Origin: Felis catus
Taxonomy: Eukaryota
Assembly: GCF_018350175.1 (NCBI RefSeq)
Contig: NC_058368.1
Span: 177,694,001 to 177,758,000, forward strand
Length of the DNA stretch: 64,000 bases
Direction of reading: 5' to 3'
The position numbers and the translations under genes are program-made. The first letter of the stretch is position 1; the number at the start of each line of letters is the position of its first letter. The notes below the pieces were generated by a model. That model was given only the letters and a program-made list of their open reading frames with translations, made no database searches and was not told the DNA's origin. Shown here piece by piece: positions 1 through 12,094 of this stretch.

Positions 1-363
1 TTTTAAATAGTAACCTCCAAGACCAGGTATTGTGGTTCCTTTAAGCTGCTATTAGGTTCTAACATGCAGCCAGGGTTGAGAAACTCTGCTATGCCATAAA
101 TAATATCTTTCAACAAACAAGATTCCTTACAGGAGACAACTCTAACACAATAAAATCTTTGTGCTGGCTTTCTCTTCCACTAGAATGCCAGAAATGATAC
201 ATATAGGATAACGATTACCAACAAGCATATTTTAGTGCTTTAAGACATCAATTACAAGTGTTCTCCAAGCACTATCAAATTTCAGACTACCTTCTTCCAC
301 AGAACTTTTAACTTTCCTAACTACTTCAACAAAGACTGTGTTTAGGTATATGATGCCACTCAC

Positions 364-447
364 TTTTGATCTTGGTGTTGATGGTTTTGAGTCTTTTCCA
401 TTCTGGTTAGATTTTTGTGCATTTTTGGCTGGAGTATCTCGTATAGA
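364..447 (-). CDS. NPM1: Nucleophosmin exon 8 ([28 protein letters not shown]); gene continues beyond the window start
   Basis: 84 nt, CAG/GTGAG boundaries; matches the start of ORF 232..453. Confidence 0.98.
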
Positions 448-673
448 CTGCAATTATAAATTAATCTTAATCAATGCCCTCCTACGTAACTGCCCCAAAC
501 CATATAAAAGTAGTAGTTTGCTAAAACAAAAAAAAAAAAAACAAAAAAAAACAAAAAAAAAAAATTCTGACCAAAGTTTTAAAGTGGAAGAAGGCCACAT
601 GGGTAAAAAAAGTAGATCACTGTCCACTACTAGGAAATCTTAAGACTACCCCAACTCAGGGCTAATTGTTAAA

Positions 674-885
674 TTTTTTTTTCAACGTTTATTTATTTTT
701 GGGACAGAGAGAGACAGAGCATGAACGGGGGAGGGGCAGAGAGAGAGGGAGACACAGAATCAGAAACAGGCTCCAGGCTCTGAGCCATCAGCCCAGAGCC
801 TGACGCGGGGCTCGAACTCACGGACCACGAGATCGTGACCTGGCTGAAGTCGGACGCTTAACCGACTGCGCCACCCAGGCGCCCC
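674..885 (-). mobile_element. Young felid SINE (SINEC_Fc-like) in NPM1 intron 7
   Basis: tRNA-derived head, (CT)n tract, A tail, many CpGs retained; flanking repeat GGGCTAATT. Confidence 0.95.
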
Positions 886-1027
886 ATGGGCTAATTTTTA
901 AAGTATTAGATCATTAACTCCTCCCAAGCCAGCTTTCATTAACTACAAGTGAAGAGCACAAAAATTTATCTATCATCATTTGTTACTAGCAACTTCTGCC
1001 AACCCTGTACCATTGTATCCTACTTAC

Positions 1028-1085
1028 TTTCTTTACTGGAGCCTTTTCTTCAGCTTCCTCATCATCAAAATCATCATCATCATCA
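1028..1085 (-). CDS. NPM1: Nucleophosmin exon 7 (DDDDDDFDDEEAEEKAPVKK)
   Basis: 58 nt, TAG/GTAAG boundaries, phase consistent with exon 6. Confidence 0.98.
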
Positions 1086-1249
1086 CTACAAATGAAATGA
1101 GTCATTATTACTGATTCAACGCACTCATAAACCAAGAAGCCTATGTAGAAACTGGCTATGAACCAATTTCATAAAAGAGCCGATGAATCAATAAGTTTAG
1201 ACAATCAAATCAAGGTATTAAGAAATTTTGAACTTTCTGGAATTGACAA

Positions 1250-2435
1250 AAAGAACTGAAAGCAGGATCTTAAGAGATATTTGTCCATTCATCATCATTA
1301 TAGCATTATTCACAATTTCCAAGAGGTAGAAGCAACTCACATGTCCATTAACAGTCAAACAGATTTTTAAAATGTTCTATATATTTAATGGAATATTTGA
1401 GGTTTTTTGACAGTTATCACAATTTACATTCTTGGAATATTCTGTTTTAATGAATTCCTGTCACGTGCTGAAGATGAATAAATCTTGAGGACATTAACTG
1501 AAATAAGACAGTCACAAAAAGAAACATACTGTACAATCCCACTTAATATAACACATCAAAAGTAATCTTTATACTCTTTATAGAACCAAAAGTAGAATGG
1601 TGGTTGCCAGGGGCTGAAGACAGAAATGAGTTGTTTTCATTTCATGAGATTTTCAGTATTACTACAAGAGTTTGAGACCTGTCAAACAATGTGAATATGG
1701 ATAACATTCCCGAACTGTACACTTTAAAAAAAAAATGGTTAAAATGAGAATTATGTTTTTACAATTAAAAGGCATAAAAATTTTACAAAGTGGAGATTAT
1801 AGTTTAAAGAAATTAAAATAAACATATCTAACGTTCACAGATCAGTAGAAATATTTTACTGAGGTGGCAACTCTATTAATCTACAGGTTCATCGAAATCC
1901 TTGAGTCCCTGCTGGCTTCTCTATAGAAATTGATCCTAAAATTTGCATCAAAATTCAAGGAACCGAGAGCAGCCAACAACAAACTTGAGAAAGAACAAAG
2001 TTAGAATTCAGTATTTTCAAAAGAAACCCACAAGAACTACAAACCAGGACAGTTGTTTTAGCAGAAGTATAGACCTATATCAATAAAATTCAAGAGTTGA
2101 AAGGCTAATAAATAGTGCTGGGAAAACTAGAAATCCACATGCAGAATTTAAGTTAGTCCTCTACCTCACACCATGTACAAAAACTGATTCAAAATGGACC
2201 AAGGGTCTAAATTTTTAGGTTTGACACCAAAAGCACAAGCTAACAAACTGGACTTCATAAAACCTTAAAAAAAAATGTAAGCTAATATAACACTGTGTTG
2301 TCAACTAAAAGAAAAAATTTTTGTGCAAAGGATACCACTGAAGAGTGGAAAGACAACCCAAAGAATGGAAGAAAATATTTATGAATTGTATGTATCTGAT
2401 AAGGGACTTGTCCCAAAACATTAAAAGAAAACTAA
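1250..2435 (+). mobile_element. Old L1 fragments (L1M 3' end and decayed ORF2) in NPM1 intron 6
   Basis: GCATTATTCACAAT..AAGAGGTAGAAGCAAC, AGTAGAATGGTGGTTGCCAGGGGCT, CTACCTCACACCAT..AAAATGGA. Confidence 0.75.
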
Positions 2436-2439
2436 CACT

Positions 2440-2611
2440 GGGATACCTAAGTGGCTCAGTCAGTTCAGCTCAGATCATGATCCCACAGTTCTGAGTTTCA
2501 GCCCCACATGGGACTCTGTGCTGACAGCTGGGAACCTGCCTGAGATGTGTTCTCTCTCCCTCTCAGCCCCTCCCCTGCATGCCCACGCTCTCTCAGAAAT
2601 AAAAAAAAAAA
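2440..2611 (+). mobile_element. Can-SINE
   Basis: GTGGCTCAGTCAGTT head, CT tract, poly(A). Confidence 0.85.
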
Positions 2612-2652
2612 ACCCTCTTTTAACTCAGTAATCTAGAAAAAAATCAAGACAC

Positions 2653-3403
2653 AAACCTTGGATTGTGAGTAACTTGTTCTGTGAGCATTCCACAAGACGA
2701 GCAAACATGTCTACAATAAATTAACTTGATAAACCAGTGATGTCTGTAGTTAAGAATAGTACGTGACACCAAACATCATATCTCACAACTAAACCAATGG
2801 TTCGCTCTGTAGGATTGGGGGTGATTGTCTCCTATGCTCGGATGATTGGTCTCAGGCCGCAGTGTTTGGTAGAAATCAGTGATTTTTCAAAATGTTTGAA
2901 GGTGCCCACAACTGGCACTAGGGTATTTTTTGTCACTTCAAAGCGCCTATGGACAATCCTTTGCTCCTTTGCTTCATTCTAGGTCAGGCTGCCGGCAGAT
3001 ACAGACCCTTTCCTCTGCTGCTTTATTGCCAGTTAACTAAATACAATACATGACAAGTTTATTAATACTGTACTGTAAAAAAGATTCCACTGAGCCAATA
3101 GATAGCAGTGATGCCATTACTGGTAGTGAAAGTCATCCTACACAATAACCCTCCTCTCGTCTCCCTCACACCAGCTATGAAGGTTTTCCAAGTGCAGTTT
3201 AAATTCTCTTTATGTTTTGTATTCTTTATTATTTTGTATTCTATTCCAGTATTACAATCATTTTCATATGAATATTTTTGCATTGTGGGACGAATCATCT
3301 GAGTTTCCACTATTTCTTATGAGGAAATTCACTGATCTAGGAGTGCTTTGGGTTACAAACATGTTTCTGGAATAAATTATGCCTGCAAACCAAGGTTTTA
3401 CTG
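2653..3403. mobile_element. Second copy of the same Tigger-like element, opposite orientation, in NPM1 intron 6
   Basis: Reverse complement aligns with 20360-21303; right TIR CCAAGGTTTTACTG+TA intact, left TIR eroded. Confidence 0.85.
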
Positions 3404-3429
3404 TACTAGGAATGCTTCAACATAAATAA

Positions 3430-3601
3430 TTTTTTTAAGTTGTGTATTTCTTTTTGAGAGACACCATGCACACGCAAGCAGGAGAGGGGCAGAGAGAAAG
3501 AATCCCAAGTAGGGCGTGATCACACAAACCATGAGACCATGAATGACCTGAGCCAAAATCAAGAGTTGGATACTTAACCAACTGAGCCACCGAGGTGCCC
3601 C
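3430..3601 (-). mobile_element. Can-SINE
   Basis: ACTGAGCCACC..GTGCCCC end on + strand. Confidence 0.85.
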
Positions 3602-3793
3602 AATGTAAATGGTTCTTTTAAAACCCAGTCATAAATCACGTATTGTATGATTCCATTTATATTAAATATGCAAAATAACCGATTTTATTAAAAATGAGAA
3701 ACAGTGGTTGAGTAGAGCCAGGTGAAGTAAGTGATTATAGAATGATTTCGGACGACATAACAACATTATATACTAGTCAAAAAATTATTCTTC

Positions 3794-4001
3794 AAGGCGC
3801 CTGGGTGGCTCAGTCGGTTAAGCGTCTGACTTCGGCTCAGGTCATGATCTCACGGTTCGTGAGTTCGAGCCCCGTCAGGCTCTGTGCTGACAGCTCAGAG
3901 CCTGGAACCTGCTTTGGATCCTGTGTCTCCCTTTCTCTCTGCTCCTCCCCTGCTCACGCTGTCTCTCTTTCCTTCAAAAATAATAAACATTCAAAAAAAA
4001 A
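3794..4001 (+). mobile_element. Felid SINE
   Basis: GGCGCCTGGGTGGCTCAGTCGGTTAAGCGTCTGACTTCGGCTCAGGTCATGATC. Confidence 0.95.
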
Positions 4002-5501
4002 TTTTTTTTAAGAGTCCTTTCCTTCTCTTCCTTACTACGTAATCTCTAAATTTAAAACAGGAGCAGCTTCATCTATGTGCAACCAAAGGAAACACCCATC
4101 TTTTCAGAATTAGGTTAAAATGGTCAAGTATCATGTAATACATACAAAGCCATAGATACAGTCCTTTAAACAGTGATTCTGTCAATTTTGGCTTTAGAAC
4201 CCAATCCCTTTATGTGCCTCCCCACACTAGAAACAAGAATGACAATGATTTCTATAAAACCACTGTCATAAGCGGTTTTATTTAACCATCTCTACCCTAT
4301 ACATTCGTTATCTGACTACCCACCCCTTTACCCCTTCTTCCCTTCCATGAAAACTAACTTGGGCCTTAACAGATACACACACACTTCATTCTTCCCACAC
4401 TACCAAACCTAAAGGCAACTTGGAACATGGAAGAACAGAGACTACTCTATGTTGTGGTTGTATCAGGAAAAATCCCCATTTTAAAGACAGGAAATCCTTC
4501 AAAACCCAAGCAGATTGAAGGTAACAATCAGGTCCCTACTCGAAAGCCTTTCTTCCTAGAAGAGATTTTCTCCTCAGTGAATATGCTACTGTGCATAGAC
4601 AGTACACCTAGACAAAGGTAACCTGAAATCAAGGACTAAATAAACTCAAATATAACTAAGCACCATACACCATCCATATACACCATCCATATACACCATC
4701 CATATTTCTCATTTGTTTTAAGCCCATTTCCCCTATTTCTCTTGGAGTATATCACTTTAATTCTTACTGATAACTATACTCAAAAGCAGTTAACAATAAA
4801 GTACCAACTATATTGTTTTAAATTTGATATGCAAGTAATTTTGAATTTTGTTAAGCATTCAACTCAGCCTTTTCCTACTTTCTGCCTTCACTGTCCTGCC
4901 CAAAGGGCTTTTTAAAGAACTACCAGGTTGGCTACTTGAGGTTACTGAAAACCTAACTCCCAGATATGATCATTAACTAGTGTATGTTTGATCAGTCTTT
5001 CCTATATTCTATTCGAATTACGTTTTCAATAAATATATATGGACCAACCTGGGAACTCAGAAAACAAAGCTGTCAATTAAAAGTTCAACTTATTACAAAT
5101 TACTGACATTACTGGAAATAGGAAAGACCAATTATAAATACCATTTTATTCTTTAGTGGGCATGTAACTGTTTACTTAGCCTAACCAAATTTAATAAACC
5201 TATCAAATCCTTTCCAAGAAAATCTTAATCTCTTTTAGAAAAATTTTATCAGTAACAATCAGAGAACCAAGGGCCAAAATCCTTGGGGGGGGGGGGGGGA
5301 TTCGTTAAATAACAACCCACAAAACAAATGTTGCTGGAGCTATTCAAATTCTCTTTTCACCCATACCATTCATCATAAACTGTTCAGTGGAAGACATACC
5401 TAATCACATGTTCACTAAATCTTCGTCAGAAAAAAAAGTTATCTAGTCGGACACGTTTGGGAAATGCTGCATACTCTTGAAAATTTGCAACACACTGCAA
5501 C

Positions 5502-5698
5502 TTTTCTTTTTTAACTTTTTGTTAATGTTTCTGAGAAAAAGAGCCAACAGCAGGGGAGGGGCAGAGAGGGGGAGACACAATCTGAAGCAGCCTCCAGGCT
5601 CTGAGCTGTCAGCACAGGGCCTGAGGCAGGGCTCGAACCAACCGTGAGATCAAGACCTGAGCTGGAAGTAGGACATTTAACTGACAGAAGCACTCCCA
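5502..5698 (-). mobile_element. Felid SINE
   Basis: CTCCAGGCTCTGAGCTGTCAGCACAG body. Confidence 0.85.
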
Positions 5699-5885
5699 CA
5701 CTGCATTTTAAAGGTTCTTAATCCCAATAGTATCCTTCAACTCAGCTAACGTAATGCAGTGACAACCACTGATCATTTACCCTTTCTTTAATTAAACTCT
5801 TACTTAATTTCATGGAGGACTGTGGTAAATAACTTTCATAAACTACTCCCCATACAGCTACATCAAGTTTCTAGAACACACTTAC

Positions 5886-5953
5886 TCTTCATCATCATCG
5901 TCATCATCGTCATCTTCATCATCATCTTCATCGGCAGCAAGTTTTACTTTTTT
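5886..5953 (-). CDS. NPM1: Nucleophosmin exon 6 (KKVKLAADEDDDEDDDDDDDDE..)
   Basis: 68 nt, AAG acceptor and GTAAG donor, long acidic tract. Confidence 0.98.
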
Positions 5954-6066
5954 CTTAAAAAATAATACATATATATATGTAAATATATACACACATACTC
6001 ATATACAAGTGCTGATCTTAATCACCAAACCAAAGACCAAAATAAGAGAGATCTTTACACCTATAC

Positions 6067-6173
6067 CTGTGGAACCTTGCTACCACTTCCAGGGGCAGAA
6101 CGCTTTCCAGATATACTAAGGAGTTTCACATCCTCTTCCTCTTCATCTTCTGACTCTGCGTCTTCCTCCACAG
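6067..6173 (-). CDS. NPM1: Nucleophosmin exon 5 ([36 protein letters not shown])
   Basis: 107 nt, TAG/GTATA boundaries, acidic tract and start of the NLS. Confidence 0.99.
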
Positions 6174-6513
6174 CTAAAATAAAAAATTATTTATTAGCTA
6201 CGAATAAAACTCAACCAACAAGCAAGAACTCAGAAAGAAGAGCATAACATACAGTAAGGAGCATTTAAAAATTTTAAATGAACATTAAAAAAGAACTATG
6301 AAAACAGCAAATAGGGAACCGAAAATTTTTTTAAAAAGCAACTTTGAAGGCCAGCACTCTACTAGGCTTTAAATGAAAAACAAAAACAACAAAAAAAGAG
6401 GCTTTTCCAGTTTAAGTTACTCTATTTCCACTTCAACCTATTAATACAAAGTCCAAATTGGGAACAAAGTTAACTGCATTAAGAGAGAATAAACAGCACA
6501 ATACATAACATAC

Positions 6514-6607
6514 CTACTAAGTGCTGTCCACTAATATGCACAGGCCCTGAACCGCATTTCAACCGTAAGACCACAGGTGGTGTTATTTCAAAGCCCCCAA
6601 GGGAAAC
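6514..6607 (-). CDS. NPM1: Nucleophosmin exon 4 ([31 protein letters not shown])
   Basis: 94 nt, CAG/GTATG boundaries. Confidence 0.99.
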
Positions 6608-6942
6608 CTGAAAAGGAAAAACTTTTAAAAATCACTAAATATTGTGAAAACAAAAGTATTTGGTATAAATACCTGTTCATAACAGACTTACAAAAATGTA
6701 AATAGGGAAACTCATAAACCAAATGAACCAGTGAACCTGTTTCTCACCTCTAACAGGTAGCAAACCACTATGTTCAAGAGTTGACCATTCAACCCCACAG
6801 TGACATAAGACACAGCCAGTTACTAGAAATACCAAAGAAAATTCCTTCTCCAATGCCCTTGGTGTAGTAACCTAAAGGGCACCTACCGTTAACACAACAG
6901 AATTAGACCTTAACAAAAAATCCAGCAGTTAAGTGCCCTTAC

Positions 6943-7062
6943 CGTTGGCTGTACAGACATTTTCAAAGTTGCCAGTGTGACTTTAATTGGACTGCCTTCA
7001 TAATTCATTGCCTCTGCTTCAACAATGTGCAATTCATCCTTTGCACCAGCTCCTAAACTGAC
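6943..7062 (-). CDS. NPM1: Nucleophosmin exon 3 ([40 protein letters not shown])
   Basis: 120 nt, AG/GT boundaries, nucleoplasmin core sequence. Confidence 0.99.
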
Positions 7063-7640
7063 CTGTGAACAAAAAGTTACCTCAACTTTAGTTATTCTAC
7101 TTTAAAATTCCCCCAAAATTTGTCTGCAAAAAAGAAAAACCAGAATTATAAACCCATTATCACCACTGATGGAAAACTAATTTGTGCACAACGTTGTCAG
7201 TCAAGTTTTATGTGGCCTTGCCAATCATTTCTCATACTCAAATTTGAAACGCTTAAAAATTTGATGGCACTGTTATAGGTTATCATCTACCCACAGTATG
7301 GATCACCTAACGTTTACTGACCACTGACTGCAAGCTAGGCAGAAAGGCTACAGGCTAGTCACTATAGAGGACAAAAACATTTATCACTGCCTTAAAGGGC
7401 TTTACAATGCAGCCAAAGAAGCAAAGTACATAAATATGGGCAGCTGAACAGTAGTGACAGAACTTTGCGTGATTACTAAATGAGAGGTAAAGAGGCCAAG
7501 TTTTACACCACAGGTACGTAAGCAAATACATACAATACTCAGTTATAAAAAATACTATTACAAAGTTATTAAGTCACACAAACAGGAATAGACTGAAATC
7601 AAGAAAGGTTAAATAGTTTATTTTGAAAAGTTTAACTTAC

Positions 7641-7720
7641 CGTTCTTAAAGATAACTGGTGCTCGTTTTCATCATTATCCACTTTAAAGTGATAATCTTT
7701 GTCAGCCTTTAGTTCACAAC
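7641..7720 (-). CDS. NPM1: Nucleophosmin exon 2 ([27 protein letters not shown])
   Basis: 80 nt, CAG acceptor and GTAAG donor, in phase with exon 1. Confidence 0.99.
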
Positions 7721-8691
7721 CTGAAAAGGGGAAAACAGCAACAACAAAAAAGAATTAGCTCTGAAACTTAAGTGAGGGTAACCAAAAAAAAAACCAGTTA
7801 ATTTGTGAACAGATTTTCCACTATTCTAGCTACCAGATGGCAAGGCAGAAGTATCTCTTCCTGGGTTTCTTAAACACAGTGTCTATAAATATCAAATAAC
7901 ATCCATACAGGGCTTTATAAATTCTACTTCCCCACTATACTATCTCATTTTCAGCTACACTATTACATTCTTAGGTAGAAACAGGCCCAAAAGTTTAGTA
8001 AAAACTGAAACCAGTATCTGAAACTAAGTCTAATATACAAGGTTGATAAAATCGCAGTTTAAAAAAAAATTACCTACCTAAGTATACAGGACAAGTGGCA
8101 AATTTAGAAATGAATGGTTACACAAACACCTACGTGAATTTGTATTTACAAGGGAAAAACTACAAACATGGATCAAAACTTGGCACAGGGATCAATATCC
8201 CTTCCTTGAAGTTAACAGAAATGATATGCATTAAATTATGCTCAAATTATGTTTAAGATTAGCTATATCATAAGGATATTTCCAATAGAAAGGGTTAATA
8301 CCGTATACTGACCAGAAACCCCAGCTAGTCAAAAGAGCCTTACTTAATGTAGGAGTTATCTACTCCCATTCCATCAATAGGCAAGTTGTTTCAAGTACCG
8401 ACAGAATAACATTTTAATTATAGGATTCCATTTAATTGTCATCTAACAGTTACGGGTACATAAATGCCTAAATGTTATCTCAATTAACACATCTCAGCAT
8501 GGTATATTAAAAAAAAAATGTGTAACCAAATTTGCACTATTTCACAGCCTGACTGACAAAGATATGGCTACGACAATCAATTTCACTTAAGATTCAAAAA
8601 CCAAAGCTGGTCACTTTCTACTATGGTACTGGAGTTCTGGAGGGAAGGGAGGTCAAGATTCCAAAATTGTATCAGATCTTATGGACTCAAA

Positions 8692-8767
8692 CTGAAACCT
8701 ACACACATCTCCTATCTTTTCAAAAAGGCTGAAACCTACACACATCTCCTATCTTCTCAAAAAGGCT
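8692..8767. repeat. 37-bp tandem duplication in NPM1 intron 1
   Basis: CTGAAACCTACACACATCTCCTATCTT[T/C]TCAAAAAGG twice. Confidence 0.95.
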
Positions 8768-9188
8768 GTTTGCTCAATGCCACACAGAAGGCTGTTTCCA
8801 CCAGCTTCCCTCCAAAAAAAAGAATAAACATACATATACTTACAAATAACGCATAGAGACAAGGGTCTTGCTTTAGATCTATCTAGTCTCTAACTACAAG
8901 TACAACCTTCATTGAGTCACTTCAGTTCTGAGCACGAGCATCGTCACCTGCAAAGTGGGCTAATTTCCATTTACCAATATGAGATAGGAAAAGTACTCTG
9001 TAATTGAGATCTGCCATCGTAGATGTTAAGCACCGAACAAAGACTTCCAGAATCTTGGCTCTACTCGCCACTTCACCCAACATTTCCCGCCTAACAGTTT
9101 CAATTAAGCCCCAGGATCCCAGGCTCCGGAGTGACAAGACACCAGGGAGCCCCGGATGTAGTGCCCACACCCCCCTCCTTCCCCCAAC

Positions 9189-9205
9189 CACGTGGCAACC
9201 ACGTG
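9189..9205. promoter_or_regulatory. Tandem canonical E-boxes (CACGTG x2) in NPM1 intron 1, candidate MYC/MAX sites
   Basis: CACGTG at 9189-9194 and 9200-9205; NPM1 is an established MYC target through intron-1 E-boxes. Confidence 0.8.
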
Positions 9206-9785
9206 CTCCCAGCGGTTGCGGCCTCCTCACGCCCGGCCGCGCCTCCCCTCCCCCCGTAAGCGGCCGAGGCACCGGGACTGAATTCTCCGCTGTAGGGCTC
9301 CAGACTCCTCAGGCCTGAGGCCAACGCCGGGCTCTAGGTATCCTTTCCCCCAGAAAAGCAGCCACTGCCGCACACCACGGACCCCCCACAACCTCCAGCC
9401 GGACGCCGGGACCCGGCATCAATGACCCCAGCCAAGAATCACAAGCCTACGAAACCACACACTCCAAGGGAAAATAATGCCCGTGGCCCTACCGTGTGCT
9501 CCAAGCAAAGCCAACCCCTCGGCAGGCCGGTTCTACGTTACCTCAGGCCCTGGGCCTCGGATCGCTCACGCCCCAGGCTTCAGGCCGCCCCTCCTTCCAC
9601 CGCTTCATGCTTCAGTTCTCCCCTCCCGGCCTCCCATCCCTTAGGCTGCAAGGCCCCAGCGGCCCGCTTCCCTCCCTCTACCAGCCCAGGTTTCTCTACC
9701 AGCCCAGGCCTCAGTGGGTTTCCCGCCCCCCCACCTCAAAGCCACCAGGCCCCGCTCGGCCTCGCCCCAACCCCCCAGCACTTAC

Positions 9786-9843
9786 CGAAAAGATAGTTCT
9801 GGGGCCTCAGGGGGCTCATGTCCATGTCCATCGAATCTTCCAT
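9786..9843 (-). CDS. NPM1: Nucleophosmin coding exon 1 ([19 protein letters not shown]+G)
   Basis: Reverse complement translates to the NPM1 N-terminus; 58 nt followed by a GTAAG donor. Confidence 0.99.
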
Positions 9844-10000
9844 GAGGTGGTGGCACGCACTTAGGTGGGAGAGAAGGCGGACGGAGAGAAACGACTACTG
9901 TTCCACAGAACAGCCGCGCAGGACGGAATCACACCAGGGAAAGGACGCGGGCTCCCTGCGCACATATATAGCACCGTGAAGATCTCGCGAGAGCTTCCCA
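9844..10000 (-). promoter_or_regulatory. NPM1: NPM1 5'UTR and core promoter: 5'TOP tract CTTTCCCT (9936-9943), TATA-like TATATA (9965-9970), palindromic TCTCGCGAGA (BANP/CGCG element, 9983-9992)
   Basis: Motifs read directly; the leader resembles the remembered human NPM1 leader CTTTCCCTGGTGTGATTCCGTCC. Confidence 0.85.
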
Positions 10001-11588
10001 AGTCCCGTCTCCGCGCGCGTGCTCGGGAGCCCCCCCCTCCCTGGACGGTCGCCCTCCCGCGCAAGCGCTCTTCAACCCCACTCCTTTCTACCTCGCCCCC
10101 CACCTCCTCCAGGTACTTCGCGGGCTCCCACTGAGCAGGCGCACTCGTACCCCGGCCCCACCCCTCCGCCGGCGCCGCCTGTGCGCACGCGTGCTTTCTC
10201 CTGGTAGCGCGCGCTACCCCCCTCCAACCCTTCCACGTCCTCCCCGGTTCTGGCGGGCCGGCCTAGCGCCAGAAGCCTGCGCTGCCCACCCTGCAAAATG
10301 GCGACGGCAGCCCTTGGCTGTACTAGGTATGGAGAGCGAGCCGGTTGCAAGTGACCCAGAGAGCAGCTGGGTTCACCTTTCTCCATCACTTCGTGCCTCG
10401 CAGACCTCCAGACAGGCATAACCACCTCGGGATTTTTACTTGCCTGAAGGCTTGGGCTCAGAGTTCATTGTTTCCCCAAAGTTTAAGCTTCAGGTGCCAG
10501 AAACTGTAGATTACTGATTTTTCTTTGTTGGGGAGAAAGGATGTAGTTGCTGTCCAGACTTACTCAACCGCTTTTATAGCTCTTTCCTTTCTGAGAAAAC
10601 ATCTCTGAAGTTGAAATCACTCTTTGTCATTTGGGGGCCATTTGGGGGCCATTTGGGGACTGAGTGAACCTCTTCCATACGAGCTGGGCAGGAACCGGGC
10701 CTGATTGCTCCAGATACACAAGATTTTATAAGGGCTTTATATCCACAGTGTGCCCCCACGTAAGATCCTGTGTGGCAGATGTGACTACCCCCACTCTGGA
10801 GACCAGACAACAGTCCAGAAGAGATGAAGCAAGGTGCCCAAATGGAAGAAGTGGTAAGGCAGGGTTCTCTAGCTCGAAGTCCAGTGTTAACAGCCCTCTA
10901 AACGAGTGTGGAGGGTTATGTGTGAGTCCAGTCTCTGAGGCAGTGCAGTTCCTAATCTTTAAGGTTGCTAAGAATGTTCTGACCTGTGAAGAAACCATAT
11001 GACTTAAATACATAGATCTCAATTAAGATTCTTTGGGAGTGAGCCTGAAAATTAGCATTCTAAACAAGCTACACCTGGACAAACTGAGGATGCCCCCCCC
11101 CCCCCATCCCCTGGGCATTGGTGCATTTTTTTAAGGAATCCCCTAATTATCTTGTTCACATCAACAGGTTAAATTTAATACTGGAAGGAATAAAAATAGT
11201 GACAGCAGTGCCCCACCCCCTATTCTCCAAATACAATCTAGTTGGGATGATAAACTATAATACATGTGAATCAACTATTAATTAACAGTATCATAATTCT
11301 AAATTTGGAGAAATCAGTGTAACTGATATGTGAATGCCACCAAGCTGTTCCCCACCCTCAACTGAAGAAGAATCTTCACCAGTCTGGTTCTTGGATCTTT
11401 TGAGACACAGAGTATGACCAATTGCTAGAGGAAATCTTGACGCTTAGAAGGAAATATTTGTAAAGAACTGAGAAAAGGCAGGGAGGACTATGATAGGAAA
11501 AGATAGGATTCAGTAGGCCGAGAGGGAAAGATTGGGAACTGAGGTCCCTGAGTGGAGAAAAACACCTATTTTGGAACAATGCTGGGAG

Positions 11589-12094
11589 TGTCAGACCACA
11601 GCAAACCCCCTCAGGCATAAGGTCCCTCTTAAGAATTAATGGACACCAACTTCCCCTACTTCCCCTCAGGTTCCCTTCAGGAATTTGACTAAAGACCTGA
11701 CTAAATATAAGTAGACCATAAAACAAATGACCCACATGGAACAGTATGGCCATAGACCACCTACAATGGAAACAAGCCAATCAGTAATGGGCAGCCCCGC
11801 ACCTAGAGCTATCAAGCCAATAAGGGTAGGACGTGAGAAGAAACAAGGTGGAAGGGAAGGGGGGGGCAGCCAAAACCTTATAAAACAAAGACTCTTGTCT
11901 ATTGTCACCGGCATTCACTTTAGAATGCCCCCACTTCCCCCTCTCTGTTAAAAGAGCTTTCATACTATTTTTCCTTTCTCATCTTACACTCTAATAAACT
12001 TTTGCCTGCTGCTCACTTTGTGTTCACCTCTTCATTGTTCAAAGCGGTAAGACAATGAATCCCAGGTATTGAGGTAAAAAAAAATCTGCAACCA
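11589..12094 (+). mobile_element. Solo ERV LTR (ERV1-like)
   Basis: TG...CA ends, CCAAT at 11777 and 11817, TATAAAA at 11879, AATAAA at 11993; TSD not clearly resolved. Confidence 0.75.

Larger units (their letters stand above)
9100..10430. promoter_or_regulatory. CpG island over the NPM1 promoter, exon 1 and intron 1
   Basis: GC-rich and CpG-dense against AT-rich flanks; GC boxes, NRF1-like GCGCACGCG near 10183, YY1-like AAAATGGCG at 10295. Confidence 0.9.

Noticed and set aside
3742..4011. Recurring short ORFs such as GAWVAQSVKRLTSAQVMIS across the window
   Set aside because: Translations of SINE copies, not a gene family
4661..4705. Short direct repeats (13-mer x3 here; CATTTGGGG x3 near 10628) as a CRISPR-like array
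   Set aside because: No unique spacers; simple slippage repeats in a mammalian genome
9368..9385. CACCACGGAC resembling part of a REST/NRSE site
   Set aside because: Lacks the TCAG left flank and the AG-containing right half; too partial to call
448..9785. Intronic snoRNA in NPM1 (TOP genes often host them)
   Set aside because: I could not identify a convincing C/D or H/ACA box arrangement by eye; a covariance-model search would be needed
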